This document shows positions 38,867 through 48,329 of a stretch of DNA of 64,000 nt, piece after piece; within the stretch, counting starts at the first letter, position 1, and each line of letters opens with the position of its first letter. This stretch comes from Methanothrix sp. (GTDB taxonomy: Archaea > Halobacteriota > Methanosarcinia > Methanotrichales > Methanotrichaceae): the NCBI GenBank assembly GCA_963682135.1, contig OY821645.1, forward strand, positions 32,001 to 96,000, read 5' to 3'. The notes under the pieces were generated by a model. It was not told where the DNA came from. It saw nothing but the letters and a program-made list of their open reading frames with translations, and made no database searches. Position numbers and translations under genes: made by a program.

Positions 38867-40630
38867 TCACCGTCGGATCATTGAGACCGCTTTGGAAAAT
38901 ATCTTTCCCAAACCAAATCCGCTCTCATCCTTTAAAGACCAATCCTTTCCCATCTTTGCATCAGTCTCGCAAGGTATGACCTTTAGCATCTCATTTCCTG
39001 CCTGTTCCATTACTTCTTTGAGGAGCTTAGATGCTTTCGTTGCCTGTTTATCCGGAACTTCCAAAAGAATGCTGTCATGAACTGCATTAATAAGCCGAAA
39101 GTCGCTGTACGCAGGGGAAGCAATCTTTTCGTAGAGCCTGCCCAGAGCGATCTTTTGGAGATCAGCCCCTGTCGCCTGCACAGGAGTGTTTATCAGAGCA
39201 TTTCTGTGCTGAGGATCAACATACCTTATGCGTCCCAATGCAGATCTGGAAATTTTGTATGTCTCACTGCCGATAGCAGTAAGCCTTGCTCTATCTGAGA
39301 CCATTTGCTGCCAGCTCTTCAAACCGGGATAGGCGGCATAAAATCTATATAAAAATTCTTTTGCATCATCCTCGGTCAGGCTAGGCAGATTGGAGAGAAT
39401 CATATTTACTCCGCCCCCATAAATGGTCCCATAATTTAAAGTCTTGGCTATCTGCCTCTCTTCATCTGAGATCCTTGTCTTTTGAAAGATGGCCTGTGCC
39501 GTCTGCTTATGGGGATCAAGACCTTTCTTGAAGATATTTTGCATGGCTTTATCTCCGGAGAGCACGGCAATAATCCTCATCTCAATGGCGGAGAAATCCG
39601 CCTCCACGAAAGTCATTCCCTGCGAGGCCACAAAGAGCTTTTTCAGATGCGGCTCCCTTGGGATCTGCTGAATGTTCGGCCTGGAACAGGTGATGCGACC
39701 ACTTCTGCCGCCCAGCTGGGTCAGCCTTGGATAAATTCGACCTTCTCGGGCATTGTCCGTCCAATTTTTTAAAAATCCGATCTGCTGTCTGAGCTTTCTG
39801 TATTCGAGAAGAGAATTTATGAATGTCTCCTCTGGATGCACCAATAATATTCTCTCCAGGTCCGCAGCCGAAGTGCTCTCCAAGTTATATCCGTGGCTAT
39901 GCAACAACTTCTTCACGTGAACTGGATTGCGGGGATTGAATCCGCTCATTTTCTTCGACTTTGCATATTGTTGCAGCTTCTTCTCCAGTCTGTCCTTTTC
40001 TTTGACCAGACTCTCCAAAAGCCGCCGGCCTTTATCTTCGTTGAAGCCTATCCCGTTGTATTCGATCTCCACTAATGCGGGCAGTGCCTCAAATTCGATT
40101 TTGGCAACTTTTTCCAAACCCTGCATCTTGAGGAGAGCCCTCTGTTTAGCCTGGATCCTCTCCAGAATTGCGCAGGCTCTGGCGGCATAATCCATCTCTC
40201 TCGCCGAAGGCTTGCTTCCTTTGTCTGATGCTTTAGGACTGTCGTCAAAATGCCATCCCAATAAATCCCTGCAAATTGATTGCAGAGAATATTCTTGATA
40301 GGAAAGGCCATTGTCTAGAAGCTGTGAGGCCAGCATGGTATCCCAGAGATTGGGAAGCTCAAGTCTACTGTCGAAAATCTTTCTGATGACACCTAGATCG
40401 AACAGCAGATTATATCCCACAACCTGACAAGACGGGCACTCCAACAAAGGGATGATCTCGTCAAGCAGCTCTGGAGCCAGCAAAGCCTGACCGTAGTCAC
40501 CTGCAATCGAGATGAACCTGAGATTGGATGAGCTTGGCATGGAACCTGCGTCTGTACTCAAATGCAGATAGAAGGTGGAGGGCTCACTACGGGGCTTGCA
40601 GGACCAGGAAGAAAGAAGCGCTTTGGCCAT
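38867..40630 (-). CDS. polA: Family A DNA polymerase (no 5'-3' exo, degenerate 3'-5' exo) inside CRISPR locus
   Basis: SGRITCSRPNIQQIP, motif A ADFSAIEMR, motif B RQIAKTLNYGTIYG, NTPVQATGAD, motif C VHDSIL; GAGGAGGT RBS. Confidence 0.92.
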   Translation of the reverse strand: MAKALLSSWSCKPRSEPSTFYLHLSTDAGSMPSSSNLRFISIAGDYGQALLAPELLDEIIPLLECPSCQVVGYNLLFDLGVIRKIFDSRLELPNLWDTMLASQLLDNGLSYQEYSLQSICRDLLGWHFDDSPKASDKGSKPSAREMDYAARACAILERIQAKQRALLKMQGLEKVAKIEFEALPALVEIEYNGIGFNEDKGRRLLESLVKEKDRLEKKLQQYAKSKKMSGFNPRNPVHVKKLLHSHGYNLESTSAADLERILLVHPEETFINSLLEYRKLRQQIGFLKNWTDNAREGRIYPRLTQLGGRSGRITCSRPNIQQIPREPHLKKLFVASQGMTFVEADFSAIEMRIIAVLSGDKAMQNIFKKGLDPHKQTAQAIFQKTRISDEERQIAKTLNYGTIYGGGVNMILSNLPSLTEDDAKEFLYRFYAAYPGLKSWQQMVSDRARLTAIGSETYKISRSALGRIRYVDPQHRNALINTPVQATGADLQKIALGRLYEKIASPAYSDFRLINAVHDSILLEVPDKQATKASKLLKEVMEQAGNEMLKVIPCETDAKMGKDWSLKDESGFGLGKIFSKAVSMIRR

Positions 40631-40723
40631 TAGACCTCCTCAGATAAATCTTCATTATATGATTCTATTTCTGAAAACCTATATATCTTTCTGATGATAG
40701 TAGTAGCTTGGGGTTTTTTGGTG

Positions 40724-42451
40724 ATGGATAATTCTGGATCAAAAGCGGATGTGCCGGATCTAATCCCGGCCCGTATGCTCAGCGAGTTCGCCTACTGTCC
40801 ACGGCTCTGCTATATTGAGTGGATCGACGGCGAGTTCGCAGATAATGAAGAGACGGTGGATGGCAGGTTTGTGCATCGCCGGGTGGACGCAAAGGAAGAT
40901 ACTATTCCCGATGATGAGATCGAAACTGAGACCGAAACAGTTCACGCTCGATCTCTGTTTCTCACCGGCCCCAAGGTTGGAATTACCTGCCGGATAGATC
41001 TCCTGGAAGGTGATGGCGAAAGGGTGACGCCTGTAGATTACAAGAGAGGCAAAGCACCTAACATTCCCGAAGGAGCATATGAACCGGATCGCGTCCAGCT
41101 TTGCGCTCAGGGCCTGGTTCTGAGAGAGAACGGTTTCAAATGCGACAGTGGCATCGTCTACTTTGTCCGCTCCAAAAAGCGGATTTCTATAGCTTTTGAT
41201 AAAGCCCTGATTAAGAGGGCAAACGATCTTATCTCCGATCTGAGGAAAATTGCAGAAAAGCGAGAGATTCCTCCACCATTGCAGGATAGCCCCAAGTGCA
41301 ATCGCTGTTCTCTGGCGGGCATTTGCCTTCCTGACGAGGTAAACCTTCTGCGGGACTCGGATGGAAAAGAAGCTGGTGAGGGTGGGCTCCTGGGCAAGAT
41401 CAGGAGGCTTCTCCCGGCCAGAGACGACACTATGCCGGTCTACGTTGTGGGGCACGGCAATACCGTTCGCAAGAAAGGTGACCTCCTGGAGATATGTTCC
41501 CGAGATGACGTCGCAGCAGGCAAAGAAGGCAGAATAAAGGAAGTGAGGTTAAGAGAGATCTCTCAGGTGAACCTTTTTGGTGGAGTTGATGTCTCGATGC
41601 CTGCCCTTGTCGAGCTTATGCAGCGGGGCATCCCCGTCCTGCACTTCACAAGGGGTGGATGGTTTCAGGGATTGAGCGCCGGGCATACTCATAAAAATGT
41701 GCAGCTACGCATGCGACAGTTTGCCTGGGCTGAGGACCGCAAGAAATCTCTGTCCATCGCTCGCGCTATAGTCTACGGCAAGATCAAAAACTGCCGGATT
41801 CAGGTACGCAGGAACTACGCTAAAGCCAACGCCCAGTCTCCTGATAATGCACTGGACAGGCTGGAGCGTCTTTCCAAGGATGCCAGAAATGCGTCCGGCA
41901 TCGATAAGCTTCTGGGAATCGAAGGCGCGGCAGCCGAAGTTTACTTTGGCTGTCTTGGTCAAATGCTCAAAGCCGATCGTGGATTCTCCTTTGAAAACAG
42001 GAATAGGAGGCCGCCCAAAGACCCTGTTAACGCGGTTCTTTCCTATATCTATGCAGTGCTTGCCAAAGACATGTTTGTCTCCCTCCTGGCGGTAGGCTTC
42101 GATCCGTATCTCGGTTTCTACCACCAGCCCCGCTATGGCCGCCCGGCTCTGGCGCTGGACATGATGGAAGAGTTTCGGCCGGTGATTGCTGATGCCACTG
42201 CCATCACCCTATTCAACAAAGGTGAGCTATCAGATAAGGATTTTATCAAGACGGGAATCGGAGTGTCTCTGACCTCCAAGGGAAAGAAAAAGGTCATAGC
42301 AGGCTACGAGAGACGCATGGAGACGGAGATCACTCATCCCCTCTTCGGATACAGCGTCAGCTACAGGAGGGTTCAGGAAGTGCAGGCGCGGCTGTTGTCC
42401 AGAACAATTTCCGGTGAGATCAAGGAGTATCCTGCATTTTACAGGAAGTGA
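40724..42451 (+). CDS. cas4/cas1: Cas4-Cas1 fusion (type I-G/I-U)
   Basis: Cas4: YCPR, RIDLLE, DYKRG, QLCAQ, C..CSL..IC; Cas1: GIEGAAA..YF, RNRRPPKDPVNA, GFYH, LDMMEEFR; ORF extends to 40694. Confidence 0.95.
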   Translation: MDNSGSKADVPDLIPARMLSEFAYCPRLCYIEWIDGEFADNEETVDGRFVHRRVDAKEDTIPDDEIETETETVHARSLFLTGPKVGITCRIDLLEGDGERVTPVDYKRGKAPNIPEGAYEPDRVQLCAQGLVLRENGFKCDSGIVYFVRSKKRISIAFDKALIKRANDLISDLRKIAEKREIPPPLQDSPKCNRCSLAGICLPDEVNLLRDSDGKEAGEGGLLGKIRRLLPARDDTMPVYVVGHGNTVRKKGDLLEICSRDDVAAGKEGRIKEVRLREISQVNLFGGVDVSMPALVELMQRGIPVLHFTRGGWFQGLSAGHTHKNVQLRMRQFAWAEDRKKSLSIARAIVYGKIKNCRIQVRRNYAKANAQSPDNALDRLERLSKDARNASGIDKLLGIEGAAAEVYFGCLGQMLKADRGFSFENRNRRPPKDPVNAVLSYIYAVLAKDMFVSLLAVGFDPYLGFYHQPRYGRPALALDMMEEFRPVIADATAITLFNKGELSDKDFIKTGIGVSLTSKGKKKVIAGYERRMETEITHPLFGYSVSYRRVQEVQARLLSRTISGEIKEYPAFYRK

Positions 42452-42457
42452 TTTGAT

Positions 42458-42760
42458 TTGAGTGGAAGGAATTGTTATGTTGTAAGCTACGACATCATGG
42501 ACCAGAGACGATTACAGAAGGTCCACAAGACTATGAAGGGCTTCGGTGAGGCAATCCATTATTCGGTTTTTCGCTGTGATCTGACCGGCAAAGGCCGTGT
42601 GGAAATGGTGGCGGCGCTCACCGACCTGATCAAGCACGATCAGGACAGGATCATGATACTGGATCTTGGACCTATGGACGGCAGAGCGGATCAGAGGATT
42701 GAATTTCTCGGCATTCATGCCAAAGATCCGGACTCGCCCCGAAGGGCCGTTATCATATAA
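42458..42760 (+). CDS. cas2: CRISPR-associated endonuclease Cas2
   Basis: YVVSYDI...RRL.KV.K..KGFG..IHYSVF; directly after cas1. Confidence 0.95.
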   Translation: MSGRNCYVVSYDIMDQRRLQKVHKTMKGFGEAIHYSVFRCDLTGKGRVEMVAALTDLIKHDQDRIMILDLGPMDGRADQRIEFLGIHAKDPDSPRRAVII

Positions 42761-42905
42761 ATTTTGGGTGCATCCAGCACGTTGAATCCAAGCCTGCCCG
42801 GCGTTAAGGGTGCCCGGGATCTACCGCGCGTTTTTTCGCGCGCGGCACCCCAGAAGATTGGATGAAATAAAACAAATAAGATCCATTGTAGTCCAATGCA
42901 GGTCA

Positions 42906-43012
42906 GACAATATCGCTGGGGAAAGTTTAGATAGTAGTAATCGCTAAAAGATCCTTCAAAATCTATTTCATGTTCCGACAATATCGCTGGGGAAAGTTTA
43001 GATAGTAGTAAT
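42906..43012 (+). repeat. Exact 36 bp direct repeat separated by 35 bp
   Basis: GACAATATCGCTGGGGAAAGTTTAGATAGTAGTAAT at 42906-42941 and 42977-43012. Confidence 0.95.
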
Positions 43013-43282
43013 GCCATCTCGCGGATGCACAAGATTTGGCGAGCATGCCCCTGCCGGGCAGGGCCGTCCGGGCCAGACGGATGGACTTAATGGGACGGAG
43101 AACGTCCCTTTTTTCCGCGCATCGAGGTGGTGTTCAGTTTCCCAGGAGATGCGCAGAAGGTCTGTGCATATCGAAAAAGACCATTTGCAGACAGTAACTT
43201 TCTGAAAGTATTGTAATAAGTTAACAACATGCGCTGAAATTGACTTTTTTTCGATATCTGTGAAGGCCGAAAAATGGCCGCT
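42991..43282 (+). promoter_or_regulatory. CRISPR leader of array 2
   Basis: Homologous to the array 1 leader; abuts the first repeat. Confidence 0.8.
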
Positions 43283-44494
43283 GTCTCCATGACTGAAAAG
43301 TCGTGGCCGAATTGAAACCACCATATTGATAGCATGGTTGCAACTATATTTTTTTCATGTCTCCATGACTGAAAAGTCGTGGCCGAATTGAAACATTACC
43401 GGACGTTTTGTCCGTGTCTAACCCGAACATGGTTGTCTCCATGACTGAAAAGTCGTGGCCGAATTGAAACCTCAACGAATAGTTGTTCTTCTCTTCGTGC
43501 CTGTGGTCTCCATGACTGAAAAGTCGTGGCCGAATTGAAACGAGCCGGATTGGTCGAGGGGCATCCAGCTCATCAAGTCTCCATGACTGAAAAGTCGTGG
43601 CCGAATTGAAACCCTTTGATGTTTGTTTCAAGGAACAGAAGTAAGGTTGTCTCCATGACTGAAAAGTCGTGGCCGAATTGAAACGTCCGAGATTGTAAAG
43701 GAAAGACATAAATCTTGACGTCTCCATGACTGAAAAGTCGTGGCCGAATTGAAACACGTTTACCGTTACGATATCACATTCTGCATAAATGGTCTCCATG
43801 ACTGAAAAGTCGTGGCCGAATTGAAACTGGTTTGCATATGTAGTATCCCACAATGCCATAGCCTGAGTCTCCATGACTGAAAAGTCGTGGCCGAATTGAA
43901 ACCTTGTTCGAGCTGTGCAGATTACATGAATCCGCACCGTCTCCATGACTGAAAAGTCGTGGCCGAATTGAAACTTGCCAATTTTTTGGAGCTCTTCCAA
44001 AATATACCTGGTCTCCATGACTGAAAAGTCGTGGCCGAATTGAAACTCCATTGTTACTCTCACGATTGACACCTTCTATTTTTTCAGTCTCCATGACTGA
44101 AAAGTCGTGGCCGAATTGAAACTATTTCTCGGTGCAAGAACCTCAACTTTCGCCATCTGTCTCCATGACTGAAAAGTCGTGGCCGAATTGAAACCTTCTT
44201 TTCGGTTGTTTTGAATACCGAACTGAAAAATTGTGTCTCCATGACTGAAAAGTCGTGGCCGAATTGAAACGCAGAATATCAATTTTTAAGTTTTTCGCTT
44301 TCTTTGACCGTCTCCATGACTGAAAAGTCGTGGCCGAATTGAAACTTCTTTCACTTCCATAAAACTCACTCTCCGTGAACGTCTCCATGACTGAAAAGTC
44401 GTGGCCGAATTGAAACCATCCTCAATACCGAACTGCTTCATACTTTGTCTCATCCGGAGTCTCCATGACTGGAAAGTCGTGGTCGAATTGAAAT
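43283..44494 (+). CRISPR. CRISPR array 2: 17 repeats, 16 spacers (35-42 bp)
   Basis: Same 36 bp repeat as array 1; terminal repeat degenerate (44459-44494). Confidence 0.98.
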
Positions 44495-44827
44495 AGCCAG
44501 ACGTTTGTGGGGGTCCAATCGCGTGAGATGAAAATAAAATATTAGATAATCTTTTCAAAATTAAAATTTAAATGCATTCAACAAAAAAACTTATCTATAA
44601 GTAAAAATATTGCTAGACGAGGAAGCAAAATTGAGCTGCGCTGAATTTGAAGGAAAATTTGACTTTAAGTTATTCTTCAAAGCAGATATAGTCCGCAAGC
44701 TTGTCTGTTCTCTGCATGCATTTACAGGAAGAAGTGCCGCATCAAACGCCATCCTTGGGCCGATAAATGCGTCAGTTGGAATTGAAACAATGATTAGTCA
44801 ATTGTCATTTCTTGGCAGCGCAAGAGG

Positions 44828-45616
44828 ATGCCGATGAGGCCCACAGTGGCTCGCTTTGCTGTGACCGGCCAGAAGCTACCGCATCTAACAGAGACCATTA
44901 TTCTGGCGGAGAGGGTCCATGCAGCTCTGGTTCGCCTCTCCGACGGCTCTACTGTTTTCTCGGGATGTGATGAGCAGGGAAAGCCATTAGATGGGCATGG
45001 CCATGCCCATATCTTTTGCGAATCCAATATTGAATCCGGAAAATCCAATGAAGGCAAGATTACTCATATTACCATTTACGCTTCAATGGGATTTAGCTCT
45101 GAAGATATGCAGGCTCTGGAGAACCTCAGAGAGATCTGGGGAAGTAAAGACCCAGCGGTTCGTCTCCTTTTGCAGGGGCTGGGCAGCAGGGAGAACTCTT
45201 GCGGCCCGGACCCTGAGCGAGGCCACTGCCCGCTCTTGGCGAAGTCGAGAACCTGGGTCTCTCGCACGCCCTTCCTGCCTACGCGCCACCCCAAGGTCAC
45301 GCGGGCGGGCGTGCCCAAGTGCAACGCGCGGGGCTTGCAGATCGGCTCCCCGGAGCACGATCTCTTGCGGCTGCTGGAGCTGGCAGGACTTCCGGCACCG
45401 GTGGTTCTGGAGCCGGTGGCCGGCACAATCTTGGGCGTACGGACGGTTCCCTGGGCGAGCTTCGCCTGCCGGAGGAGCGGAGATGAGGGAAGGCAGGCAG
45501 CGGGGGCGGCACGCGGCTTTCGCATGGAATTTGCGGAAGAGGTGCAGGGGCCGGTGGCGGTGGGGTATGCGAGCCACTTTGGGATGGGGGGATTTGGGGC
45601 GGGTAGACCCAAATAA
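44828..45616 (+). CDS. csb2: Csb2-like RAMP, C-terminal (Cas6-like) half only
   Basis: GHGHAH, WVSRTPFLPTRHPK, C-terminal Gly-rich loop GPVAVGYASHFGMGGF; 262 aa. Confidence 0.8.
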   Translation: MPMRPTVARFAVTGQKLPHLTETIILAERVHAALVRLSDGSTVFSGCDEQGKPLDGHGHAHIFCESNIESGKSNEGKITHITIYASMGFSSEDMQALENLREIWGSKDPAVRLLLQGLGSRENSCGPDPERGHCPLLAKSRTWVSRTPFLPTRHPKVTRAGVPKCNARGLQIGSPEHDLLRLLELAGLPAPVVLEPVAGTILGVRTVPWASFACRRSGDEGRQAAGAARGFRMEFAEEVQGPVAVGYASHFGMGGFGAGRPK

Positions 45617-45734
45617 ATTAACCCTTGAGAAAATCTTATCACCAAAGGGATAGTAGTATTGGAGAGAGATCATGAGAGAAGAATCGACTATGAAGCCCAT
45701 CTAATATCTGAATACCTGGATTTGAAGTACATGT

Positions 45735-46055
45735 ATGATCTATTTGATCAAGCCTTCCTGGCAAGATCCTGAAGATGAGAACGTTATCAAATCTCCGAGA
45801 GCTGGAAATATCACTCCGAGATTGGGAAAGATACCGGCGCTATTCTTTACAGGACATCAAGAATTTTTTGGCGATATTGAAAAACGTCGCGCAATTGATT
45901 CGCCAATTCCTGTAATTACTTCAGATGGCTCATTTTCAGTAACTCAAGTACACGATCCAAATATCATGATTTATCATTGGCACCACCACGCTCGCACCAC
46001 CATAGGTGCACCAACTATGGAATCAACAGAACCATTTGACGCTATCTTTATATAG
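45735..46055 (+). CDS. Possible hypothetical protein
   Basis: 106 aa ORF only; no motif recognised. Confidence 0.25.
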   Translation: MIYLIKPSWQDPEDENVIKSPRAGNITPRLGKIPALFFTGHQEFFGDIEKRRAIDSPIPVITSDGSFSVTQVHDPNIMIYHWHHHARTTIGAPTMESTEPFDAIFI

Positions 46056-46104
46056 AAGCTCAAACAACACATAGCCGTTAAATTAGCATTTGTAGAGGTA
46101 ATTA

Positions 46105-47754
46105 ATGTCAGGACAATTCAGCGGCACACCCATATATATTCTCAGAGAAGGCAGCCAGAGGACTGCCGGAAGAGATGCACAGAGATCGAACATCATGGCA
46201 GCTAAGGCTGTTGCCGGCGCTGTGAGGACCACTCTCGGCCCCAAGGGCATGGACAAGATGCTGGTAGACACAATGGGCGACGTTGTGATCACCAACGACG
46301 GCGTAACCATTCTCAAGGAGATGGATATCGAGCATCCTGCGGCCAAGATGATGGTGGAGATTGCCAAGACCCAGGACCAGGAAGTCGGGGATGGCACGAC
46401 CACTGCCGTTGTGCTGGCTGGAGAGTTGCTTAAGCAAGCCGAGGAGCTGCTGGAGCAGGAGATCCATCCTACTGTAATTGCAGCCGGCTACAGAGCTGCG
46501 GCAGACAAATCAATGGAAATTCTCAAGGGGCTGGCCGTAGAAGTCTCGGCAAAAAATGTAGATCTTCTCAGGAAGATCGCCGTCACTGCCATGACCGGCA
46601 AGGGCTCTCAATCGGCTCGCGATGAGCTGGCTGAAATGGCGGTTAAAGCGGTCCAGTCGGTAGTGGATGAGGACGGGACAGTCGATACCGACAACATCAC
46701 CGTAGAGAAGAAGGTCGGGGGCGGAATCACCGATTCCATGATGGTGAGCGGAGTGGTCATTGACAAAGACCGGCTTCATCCCAACATGCCCAAATCCGTC
46801 ACTTCTGCCAGGATCGCTCTCCTGAATGCTGCCGTGGAGATCGAGAAGACAGAGGTTGATGCCAAGATTCAGATCACCTCTCCTGATCAGCTGCAGGCTT
46901 TTCTGGATCAAGAGGAGACTATGCTCAAGGGCATGGTCGATAGGATCGCGGCCACCGGCGCCAATGTACTCTTCGTTCAGAAGGGTATCGATGACCTGGC
47001 CCAGCACTTCCTGGCCAAGGCCGGCATTTACACAGTGCGCCGCATCAAGAAGAGCGACATGGATAAGCTGGCCCGCGCAACTGGCGGAAGAGTCGTCACC
47101 AGCATTCATGAGATCTCCAAGGACGACCTGGGCAAAGCCGGCCTGGTCGAGGAGAGAAAGGTCTCCGATGAGAAGATGACCTTCGTGGAAGACTGCGAGA
47201 ATCCCAAGTCCGTATCCATCATTCTGCGAGGCGGAACTGAGCATGTGGTCGATGAGCTGGACAGGGCCATGGAGGATGCTCTACGCGTTGTGGGCGTAGC
47301 AGTGCAGGACAAGATGCTGGTTGCCGGCGGCGGAGCACCTGAGGTAGAGCTGGCTCTCCGGCTTCGAGCCTATGCTTCCACCGTTGGTGGGCGCGAGCAG
47401 CTGGCCATTGAGGCCTTTGCCAATGCCATGGAGGTTATACCCAAGACCCTGGCCGAGAACGCAGGATTGGATCAGATCGATTCCCTGGTCTCGCTGAGAA
47501 GCCAGCACGAGAAGGGCATAAAGACTTCCGGCCTGGACATGGACACCGGCAAGCCGGTGGATATGCTCGAGCTGGGAGTTGTCGAGCCTCTGCGGGTCAA
47601 GACCCAGGCCATCAACTCAGCAGCCGAGGCAGCCATCATGATTCTGAGAATCGATGATGTCATCGCCTCCAAGTCCGGCGGACCGGGCGGCATGCCCGGA
47701 GGCGCAGGCGGCATGGGTGGAATGGGCGGTATGGGCGGCGAGGACTTCGAGTAG
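46105..47754 (+). CDS. ths: Thermosome (group II chaperonin) subunit
   Basis: [28 protein letters not shown]-rich tail. Confidence 0.97.
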   Translation: MSGQFSGTPIYILREGSQRTAGRDAQRSNIMAAKAVAGAVRTTLGPKGMDKMLVDTMGDVVITNDGVTILKEMDIEHPAAKMMVEIAKTQDQEVGDGTTTAVVLAGELLKQAEELLEQEIHPTVIAAGYRAAADKSMEILKGLAVEVSAKNVDLLRKIAVTAMTGKGSQSARDELAEMAVKAVQSVVDEDGTVDTDNITVEKKVGGGITDSMMVSGVVIDKDRLHPNMPKSVTSARIALLNAAVEIEKTEVDAKIQITSPDQLQAFLDQEETMLKGMVDRIAATGANVLFVQKGIDDLAQHFLAKAGIYTVRRIKKSDMDKLARATGGRVVTSIHEISKDDLGKAGLVEERKVSDEKMTFVEDCENPKSVSIILRGGTEHVVDELDRAMEDALRVVGVAVQDKMLVAGGGAPEVELALRLRAYASTVGGREQLAIEAFANAMEVIPKTLAENAGLDQIDSLVSLRSQHEKGIKTSGLDMDTGKPVDMLELGVVEPLRVKTQAINSAAEAAIMILRIDDVIASKSGGPGGMPGGAGGMGGMGGMGGEDFE

Positions 47755-47983
47755 AGTCCTAGCACCCTTTTTCACATCTTTTTTCTAGAAGCAAATTAAT
47801 GCAGCCGGATTTTTGCCGGTCATCGAGCCCCGGCCCGAGGCCCTCTTGCCAACCTGAGCACGCAAAGCTCATATGCAAGGGTGCGGACAGGCGAGACGGT
47901 CCCGCCTTTCGTTAGCAGCGCATGGGAATGGGATGCGAGCCGAAGGCAAAGCATAATTACTCTTGAAGATATTCTCTTAATCC

Positions 47984-48259
47984 ATGAATTCGGTCGCAGA
48001 TACGAATCTATCCAAAGAGCTGGTTAGCGCCAAGTCAAGAGTTTATCGCTTCTCGGTAGTGATTGAGAAAGACAAAGAAGGCTATTTCGCCTTCGCTCCA
48101 GAACTGCAAGGATGTTATACTCAGGGCGATACCTATGAGGAAGCCTTAGAGAATATCAGAGAAGCCATACACCTTCATGTAGAAGATCGACTGGATAACG
48201 GAGAAGAAGTCCCTCAGCCGGAATCAGTCAGCCTGACATCTCTGGAAGTCGCTGTATGA
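47984..48259 (+). CDS. HicB-family antitoxin
   Basis: VVIEKD..GYFAFAPELQGCYTQGDTYEEALENIREAI. Confidence 0.85.
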   Translation: MNSVADTNLSKELVSAKSRVYRFSVVIEKDKEGYFAFAPELQGCYTQGDTYEEALENIREAIHLHVEDRLDNGEEVPQPESVSLTSLEVAV

Positions 48260-48329
48260 ACTTGGTTCCTATCTCAAAACATAGGTTGATAAGCGAAGAT
48301 TAGTATTCTCGCATAGGAAGGTTTTGCTC

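Noticed and set aside
33236-42760. Casposon (PolB + Cas1)
   Set aside because: The PolB is PolB2-type rather than protein-primed, Cas1 is a Cas4 fusion with cas2 and arrays, and no terminal inverted repeats were seen.
43025-43090. 21 aa ORF MHKIWRACPCRAGPSGPDGWT in the leader element
   Set aside because: The near-identical copy at ~37519 has a stop at codon 3, so conservation is not at the peptide level.
43011-43113. tracrRNA-like anti-repeat in the leader element
   Set aside because: No extended complementarity to the repeat found by eye.
37775-44494. Self-targeting spacers or spacers shared between arrays
   Set aside because: None noticed by eye; not exhaustively searched, needs BLAST.
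43344-44558. Repetitive minus-strand ORFs (FQFGHDFSVMET, VSIRPRLFSHGD), also at 37985-38423
   Set aside because: These are translations of the CRISPR repeats, not proteins.
44610-44837. 75 aa ORF as the missing Csb2 N-terminus
   Set aside because: Different frame, too short, and no recognisable Cas5-like motif.
47680-47745. GGC/ATG-rich repeat
   Set aside because: Normal GGM tail of chaperonins.
47800-47955. Hammerhead ribozyme
   Set aside because: GAAA and stems are present, but there is no correctly placed CUGANGA core on either strand.
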